A stretch of DNA of 15,619 nt from Amoeboradix gromovi X-113 (lineage: Eukaryota; Fungi; Sanchytriomycota). Position numbers and translations under genes: made by a program. Location of the stretch: positions 1 through 15,619 of the forward strand of contig JADGIF010000186.1 of NCBI GenBank assembly GCA_018985225.1. The letters are read 5' to 3'. Below are positions 10,401 through 15,619 of this stretch, one piece after another (position 1 is the stretch's first letter; every line of letters starts with the position of its first letter). The notes below the pieces were generated by a model, which was not told the DNA's origin, searched no databases, and saw only the letters and a list, made by a program, of their open reading frames with translations.

Positions 10401-10634
10401 TTGAATTACTTTGCTTTTCTTGGCTGCGTCTTCCAACTTTTGTTTAGCTATTATTTTCAACTTATTAAGTTCTTCTGAATCATCTTGCGGCTGATTGTAA
10501 TTGCTGTTCGGATAAACCATTGGTCTAAATGGCATTTGGTAAGGCGTTACATTACTATAATTCGGTCTATTAGGTCTACCTCTGAATGAGGTCGAACTGC
10601 GCTCGAAGCGCTGCGGAGTGCTTTCATTCTCCAT
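7472..10634 (-). CDS. TIF4631: Eukaryotic translation initiation factor 4G, 2 exons: 10634-7639 and 7619-7472, 1047 aa
   Basis: Low-complexity N-terminus and eIF4E-binding-like YSIHYLS. MIF4G domain motifs GFLNKLT.ENY, KAVLEPHF..IYAELC, ALGNIQFVGALF and SSRVRFM..DVLD. RG/RD-rich region. The spliced C-terminus ...WFEEILQEDIFADIVIDLPRL... is MA3-like. Confidence 0.93.
7620..7638 (-). other. 19-nt spliceosomal intron in eIF4G (GTAACATTAGTTAACATAG), phase 2
   Basis: GT...AG ends, TTAAC at positions 11-15. Removal adds 48 aa containing the MA3 signature D..ID.P. Confidence 0.9.
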
Positions 10635-10676
10635 GTGTGAAGATTAAAAAAGCAATCGGAGATAAATAATTTCACG

Positions 10677-11140
10677 TGGGAGATACTACAAAAACCAAAT
10701 ACTTTTTAAAACAATGATCTTAAAAGGTATAGCGATTGAATAGTATGTCCGTCTTCACCGACTACACTCTAGGCGACTTAAAGGTAGTTGTATCGCACGT
10801 TCACAACTCGGTCTACGACAGCATTGCAGTTGGTACACTGCCGTAACCTTGGGTCTCTACAAGATCGCAGAATGATACAATATCCCAAATCTTTAAAAGT
10901 AGTAAAAGAAATGTTTTTCTACCTAGTTTATACACTAGAGCCTTGCTTGATATAACGCGATGTTTCTTTCTATTGTTCTTACAACTGCCAAAACCATAGT
11001 AAACCATGTCTACATCAATTCTAACATCTTATTTGCTTAAACTCTATTACATTGTCCTTCGTACATGAAGACGCATGCCTTTTAGGTACGGTAATTTGCC
11101 TGTAAATAAATGCAAAAGAGTTGGAAATTTTACTTGATTT
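10677..11140 (-). pseudogene. Decayed Fanzor1-like remnant (bridge region to RuvC-III) with a degenerate 3' terminus
   Basis: In order on the minus strand, across frameshifts: FAFIYRQ; VYYGFGSCKNNRKKHRVISSKALVYKLGRKTFLLL (V.YG.G....KGH....K.L...L pattern); RLRQCTNCNAVVDRVVN at 10855-10799 (DRD.N with the catalytic D read as V). It ends with TTGTTTTAAAAAGTATTTGGTTTTTGTAGTATCTCCCA (10714-10677), which resembles repeats A/B. Confidence 0.72.
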
Positions 11141-11147
11141 ATTTAGC

Positions 11148-11849
11148 TTAATTGACAATCTTAATGGCAAAATAGAAAAAAGAGAAAAGCAAACTGGTTC
11201 GAATAATATCAAACCAGATGAAAATATCATATATACGACCAAATATTGAAATCAACTCTAAGACTGCAAGTAAATGGGCGATTCCAAAGAATATAAGTCC
11301 ATTGTGATGCCATCGAGTAGTTTCTTGAATATCTTTATTCCCGACTAAAGAAGGAGGTACATAAACATCTTCATATTCTACTTTTTTGTAAAGCTTAAGA
11401 TAAATCGGGTTATGTCGTTCTCTAGCAGTGATTCCGATTGCGAATTCATCGTGTCCATTTTTGTGCACGATTACCGCTGTCCATAATCCGGCAATAGTCA
11501 TGATCACAACCGTAGCAATATATGTGTCCAAGTCACAAAATATTCTCACAAACAAGCAGAGCCACACTACTACGGAATACTCATACACACGAAGCCTCAC
11601 TGTTGGTCTACGATAAGCGAATACAGTAAGCAGCACCCAGCTACTAGTAATCCATACAAACGAGGTAATAATATAATAGATTGGAAATATTGGAATGAAA
11701 ACGTAGACCAGTGTAAGCAACCCTGCGACGAAGCAGACAGAAAGAGTAAGATGTAACCTAGTCCTCTTTTTGAAGGTAAAGGTTAATAAATAAAGCGACT
11801 GTACACACAGTGCTATAGCTAGAACGACGTTTATCAACCAAACGAACAT
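11148..11849 (-). CDS. Hypothetical multi-pass membrane protein, 233 aa
   Basis: Intact ATG-to-TAA ORF with about 7 hydrophobic segments and one longer hydrophilic loop. No family recognised. Confidence 0.75.
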   Translation of the reverse strand: MFVWLINVVLAIALCVQSLYLLTFTFKKRTRLHLTLSVCFVAGLLTLVYVFIPIFPIYYIITSFVWITSSWVLLTVFAYRRPTVRLRVYEYSVVVWLCLFVRIFCDLDTYIATVVIMTIAGLWTAVIVHKNGHDEFAIGITARERHNPIYLKLYKKVEYEDVYVPPSLVGNKDIQETTRWHHNGLIFFGIAHLLAVLELISIFGRIYDIFIWFDIIRTSLLFSFFYFAIKIVN

Positions 11850-11989
11850 ACTCCGTAAAGGGGCAATAGTGACAAATTTATTTTACACAATCTCCTCAAT
11901 AAAATTCTTGCATTCCTAGAAGATCAAGAGTTTCCACAAAAAAAATAAGTGGATAACGTCATTCTGTGGAAGCGGTTGCTAACGCACCC

Positions 11990-12440
11990 ATTGCCCTGAT
12001 GTGGGACTTTATATCGTAGCATTTGTTTCAAGTGATGCCGTTGGCGTGAAAGTGAAAAAGACAAAAATAAACAACTCTCAGTATCATAGGACTTCTTTTT
12101 ATTCGTGCTGCTATTTTGTCACTAATCAACACTTTGCAGATCTACGACTTGGAGCAATTGCGAAATGAAAAGAACTCAAAGTTCATTAGAGTTTCGACCA
12201 TTCAAAAACAATATGATGTGTCCAGCACTTGTAGTAGCTGCAAGCGTTATGAAAGGATTCAATCGTTGCGTCATTACACATTCAAGCAAAGGCTAGCGCA
12301 TAAATGTAAATTGTATGGTCAAAGTTTATTGATTATTAATGAGGCCTATTCTACCATAACTTGCTTCAAATGCGATCATCAAATTCAATCCAGGTACTTC
12401 AAAATAATGTAGGCAAGAACATGCTCAAATGGTATCTCCC
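11990..12440 (+). pseudogene. Decayed Fanzor2 / IS607-TnpB-like nuclease remnant
   Basis: 12272-12373 encodes HYTFKQRLAHKCKLYGQSLLIINEAYSTITCFKC, the HY.F.QRL..K....G..V....E.YTS.TC..C RuvC-II/zinc-finger signature with the catalytic E intact. A frameshifted IA(L)DVG at 11990-12006 is RuvC-I-like. NVGKNMLKWYL near 12406-12438 resembles the RuvC-III tail. Confidence 0.82.
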
Positions 12441-12544
12441 CAAGTTGTCTACACTTGAGAACTGTGGGGTTTGAAATCTTCATATTTTCGAATTCTTCAC
12501 ATTTAATGTAGGCGGACATGTTTTTTAAAATGTAAACTAGAAAA

Positions 12545-13225
12545 GGAGTTGATAAAAAGAATGATATGTTAAGTTATTAGATGACCAAAACTCTATAAAA
12601 ATGTTGCTAAAGCTGGGATGAAGCTCATAATAGGCAGCTCGAAAAAATGAGCAAAATACTAATTCGTTCATGATAAGCAATCAACAATAACGAAATAACT
12701 ATTGACACTGCGATTATTGCAGATAGCAGTGCAATTAAAGCACACTTGCATGCTTTAACGCTTCAGATTGATCAGGATCACATCTGGGACTATACTTAAG
12801 CGAGATAAATAAAACAGTTTTATAATAACCTTTGATTAAAGTTCTAAACGAAATCACTTACCAGTAAATTTCTATTATACAAGCTTATTCTAAATGGTTT
12901 TACAGTTTTCAATTGGACGCTTGTGGGATCAGCGAAGCAGTGGAGCGTAAAAGGGAATGGAGAAATCGTAACACCATTTTCACTCTTGGTTCCACTGGGT
13001 AACTTCACCAAAATAGATCCAGATGTGATGTGGTTTTGCGGTGGAAGCTATGGACACAGCAGAAAGTGTGTTCGAACTATTCGAAACGCGCAGGTAATTC
13101 ATTCAGTTTTGAAATGTCATAGGTGTTGCTTATTTCCAAGTTTAAAACGTCAAAATATCGCTTCAGCTGTGATGAGAATCCAACACCACACTGGCAAGAA
13201 AGAAAAAATTATTTACGAGTTGTAG
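12545..13225 (+). pseudogene. Decayed Fanzor1-like remnant; boundaries approximate
   Basis: GVDKKNDMLSY at 12545 (possibly eroded RuvC-I GVDPG), VGSAKQWSVKGNG, and IHSVLKCHRCC at 13097-13129 (the IH..L.C..C zinc-finger half of Fanzor1), followed by NIA. Many stops and deletions. Confidence 0.6.
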
Positions 13226-13442
13226 TCTAAATCACAGGGAATAAATCATTTGATATTATTAATTAATTAGTTTTGCCATTTCGAAGAGTTAGTTCTTAAA
13301 AGCGTCTCTTACTTTTAAAGTGTTTCATATTAATGCAATCACAAAAAGAATCATGTTGATTGCAAATAGGTTACTAACCCAATCAGCTCATAAATTGAAT
13401 CAGAGCAAGTCATAAAAGGGTAACATTGACTCGAGATTACAA

Positions 13443-13835
13443 ATGGGTAAGTTTACTGTGTCACTGGTTTTGATTCATGTATTGCTCATTTCAAGCAGTT
13501 TATATATTTACAAATCCTTTTTTACATCATTTACAGCATTTTTCTGGCTAGTATTGCTAACTGCATTTAGTATAGGCATAATATTCAAGGGTGCACCGAT
13601 ATCTCAAGCGCTTTATGCTTTTCTATCTCTAGGAACATTGGGTTACGAATTATATAGAATTTCAACATACAAAGACTTTGTAGATTCTTACGACACATAT
13701 ACAACTGCATGGATACAAAACAATTATTTAGCTTTTGCAATTACCCATGCCTTAGTTGGGATGTGCACGTCTGGTTTAACTATATTTAGACTGCGCATTT
13801 ATAAAAAGAAAGTCGTAGTCAAGCACATTTTGTAA
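13443..13835 (+). CDS. Hypothetical small membrane protein, 130 aa, about 4 TM segments, basic C-terminal tail
   Basis: Intact ATG-to-TAA ORF with four hydrophobic stretches. No family recognised. Confidence 0.72.
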   Translation: MGKFTVSLVLIHVLLISSSLYIYKSFFTSFTAFFWLVLLTAFSIGIIFKGAPISQALYAFLSLGTLGYELYRISTYKDFVDSYDTYTTAWIQNNYLAFAITHALVGMCTSGLTIFRLRIYKKKVVVKHIL

Positions 13836-13931
13836 TGCAAACTATCGTAAATAGAGGGTGATGATGGTTCATCGTAATTAAATCTCAATAAACAAGTGTT
13901 CACTATCACAAAGCGCAATTTACTTAAATAT

Positions 13932-14865
13932 CTACAATAAAGTTTCACCAAATGATGCCCTAATTAAGGAACAGGCAACTGTTGCTGTTGGCTCATCTGT
14001 ACGCTGAATAGCTAATATTGGATTGACTTCCATAATATCCATTACGACTAGTTTACCAGTCTCAGCAATGGCTTCAGCAATATAATGGCCTTCTCTAAAC
14101 GTCAGTCCACCTCTAACAGGTGTACCTATGTTAATTAAGACTACCTGTAGCAGGTGCAACAGTAGGATCCAATGCGTCTACATCATACGATAAATGAATT
14201 GGCAGATCTCTGTTTGGGTTGACATGGTCCAACGCCATTTCTACAACTTTTCCAATACCATACTTATCAACATCGTGCATTGAAAATGCCTTGATTTTGT
14301 GCTCCTTTAGTAGTGCCTTTTCACCGTCATCAACATCTCTTAATCCTATATAAACTAGACGGTTCGTAGTAATACATTTAGGTACCCAGCTTAATTCAGG
14401 CACTTTCTCAGTTGAGGGTAGTTTTAGTAAAAAACTTAAAGGACAGCCGTGCAGGTTACCACTACCTGTAGAATCCGGAGTGTTTAGGTCAGCATGAGCA
14501 TCGATCCAAATTACACAGAGATTTGGATACACCTCAGCGCTTCCAGCAATTGAGCCCATAGCAAGAGAATGGTCGCCTCCTATCACTAAGGCAGTTTTTT
14601 TAGCTTTACAAGCATCTCTAACGGCAGTATACAACTTTTTATTCGCAGTGGACACATACTTTGAATTTTTACACTTGCTTACAATTGGATCAGCTTCAGG
14701 CTTAGGAATAACTTTTAAATCCTTGTTGTGATCTACTTTCCATCCTAGTTGAGCTAATTGGTCTAATAATCCATGGTTAATTAAAGTTTCAGGTCCAAAC
14801 TCAACTCCATCTCTCCCTTGTCCACCGCTAAATGCAACTTCGATTACTTCAACCACTTTTTGCAT
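13932..14865 (-). CDS. CAR1: Arginase, 2 exons: 14865-14145 and 14125-13932, 304 aa
   Basis: Motifs FSGGQGRDGVE.GP, GGDHS, WIDAHAD, SGNLHG.P and HLSYDVDALDP. Splicing restores the conserved APATGTPVRGGLTFREG, followed by DIMEVNP. Confidence 0.97.
14126..14144 (-). other. 19-nt spliceosomal intron in arginase (GTAGTCTTAATTAACATAG), phase 1
   Basis: Interrupts the conserved TGTP motif. Removing exactly 19 nt (GT...AG, TTAAC at positions 11-15) restores it with no residues gained or lost. Confidence 0.95.
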
Positions 14866-14917
14866 TAGAGATTCTCCTAGTCTTGAAAATTCATTGAGAT
14901 ATTAAATCAGAAACACC

Positions 14918-14959
14918 TGGGACATCAAGTATAAGAACTAGACTAACTTTCTGAAACAA
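14918..14959 (-). repeat. Dispersed repeat copy B, putative 3' terminus of a Fanzor-type element
   Basis: TTGTTTCAGAAAGTTAGTCTAGTTCTTATACTTGATGTCCCA is 38/42 identical to 283-324, in inverted orientation. Confidence 0.75.
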
Positions 14960-15619
14960 TTTGAAGCATTATTTCAAGTGTATTAACCGATAGTAAATTA
15001 AATTAATTTGACTGGTCCAAGTAACTTGTTTTAGTATAAAGCTTTTCATCCATCAAAATCTTAGAAACAATTATTAATAAGAAGAAGAGAAAACAAAAAA
15101 TAAGTTACACAAAGGTGTTAAGAAAATGAAACAAATAAAGAGTATCGTCTAAGAAAATGCATCTTATATATTTGAAAGAGCTAGTGGGTCATCTTGTTTT
15201 ATTCTAAAGAGGGGAATGTCATTAATGAAGGAAAATTGGTTTGAAAGAAGAAATACTTTTATTACTAATAGTGTTTCCTCCTTATGGAGCACTTCCTTTA
15301 AAGACGACTTGGTCTAGTTTTAATATTTGGTGTCCCACCTATTCGCTATAATTGACCAGATACTGTTTTCGTGTTTGCACGAGCCTTATAGCTCCTCTAG
15401 CTAAAGTATTCTTGCTGAATAAATTGGATTCTATGCTTTTTCACTTATTGCAAATGGGACACACTCTGTAAAAAGTAGACTGGGGATAAAAAACGGGTGA
15501 CGAGATTTACCCAGTTGAAAGTTTCACAGTAGTGTCCCATATTTCTTCACCTAGGCAATAGGCGAAATTACTTTGTCAGTGATCCTTTGTTGCCAACCTG
15601 GTCTCTCACCATTCGCTAG
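14918..15619 (-). pseudogene. Possible highly decayed Fanzor1-like 3' portion plus non-coding tail, running off the window end
   Basis: Minus-strand fragments in the expected order: GNKGSLTK, RVCPICNK (CxxC within 15464-15450), RGAIR/CKHENS and VG..NI-like. An AT-rich tail follows and ends in repeat B. The protein evidence alone is weak. Confidence 0.45.

Noticed and set aside
440-11616. Short ORFs antisense to or nested in real genes (440-661, 2678-2893, 4922-5119, 5146-5352, 5213-5443, 5370-5591, 5719-5970, 6341-6568, 7039-7323, 7437-7628, 7961-8299, 8965-9198, 9466-9810, 9818-10234, 9921-10133, 11428-11616)
   Set aside because: They are shadow frames of longer recognised genes, many start at TTG or GTG, and none shows a recognisable motif.
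14126-14144. Programmed frameshift, pseudogene or sequencing error as the cause of the split arginase (and SDT1, LRR, eIF4G) ORFs
   Set aside because: Each break is explained by a 19-nt GT-AG insert with YTAAC at the same offset, and removal restores conserved sequence.
340-14865. Stop-codon reassignment (TAA/TAG read as Gln)
   Set aside because: Conserved genes end at TAA, TAG and TGA at expected lengths and have no internal stops in exons. Readthrough would not fix the frame changes at the introns.
1362-15619. An intact, active Fanzor or an associated transposase in this window
   Set aside because: Every remnant has stops, frameshifts or deletions, and none keeps all three RuvC catalytic motifs in one frame. 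No DDE, serine-recombinase or HUH motifs were recognised.

Overview
AT-rich, very compact eukaryotic nuclear DNA in the standard genetic code. The gene content looks fungal or holomycotan; the lineage is an inference. Host genes are an SDT1-type pyrimidine nucleotidase, a CDK-site-rich protein with a PP1-docking motif, an intron-containing tRNA-Tyr(GUA), a probable complex I subunit NDUFB2, MPP10, an LRR protein, eIF4G, two unknown membrane proteins and arginase. Two things stand out. (1) Four genes that the ORF track shows as broken are each repaired by removing an intron of exactly 19 nt. All four introns have the same layout (GTA-N7-YTAAC-NN-AG), lie near the 3' end of the gene and contain an in-frame TAA. 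(2) Most larger intergenic gaps hold a decayed Fanzor/TnpB-family RNA-guided nuclease remnant: about six, both Fanzor1-like and Fanzor2-like, roughly a fifth of the window. A conserved ~42-nt non-coding terminus ending in TCCCA occurs in 2-3 copies, each directly beside a host gene. No intact Fanzor or transposase is present. All family assignments come from reading motifs by eye, not from database searches.
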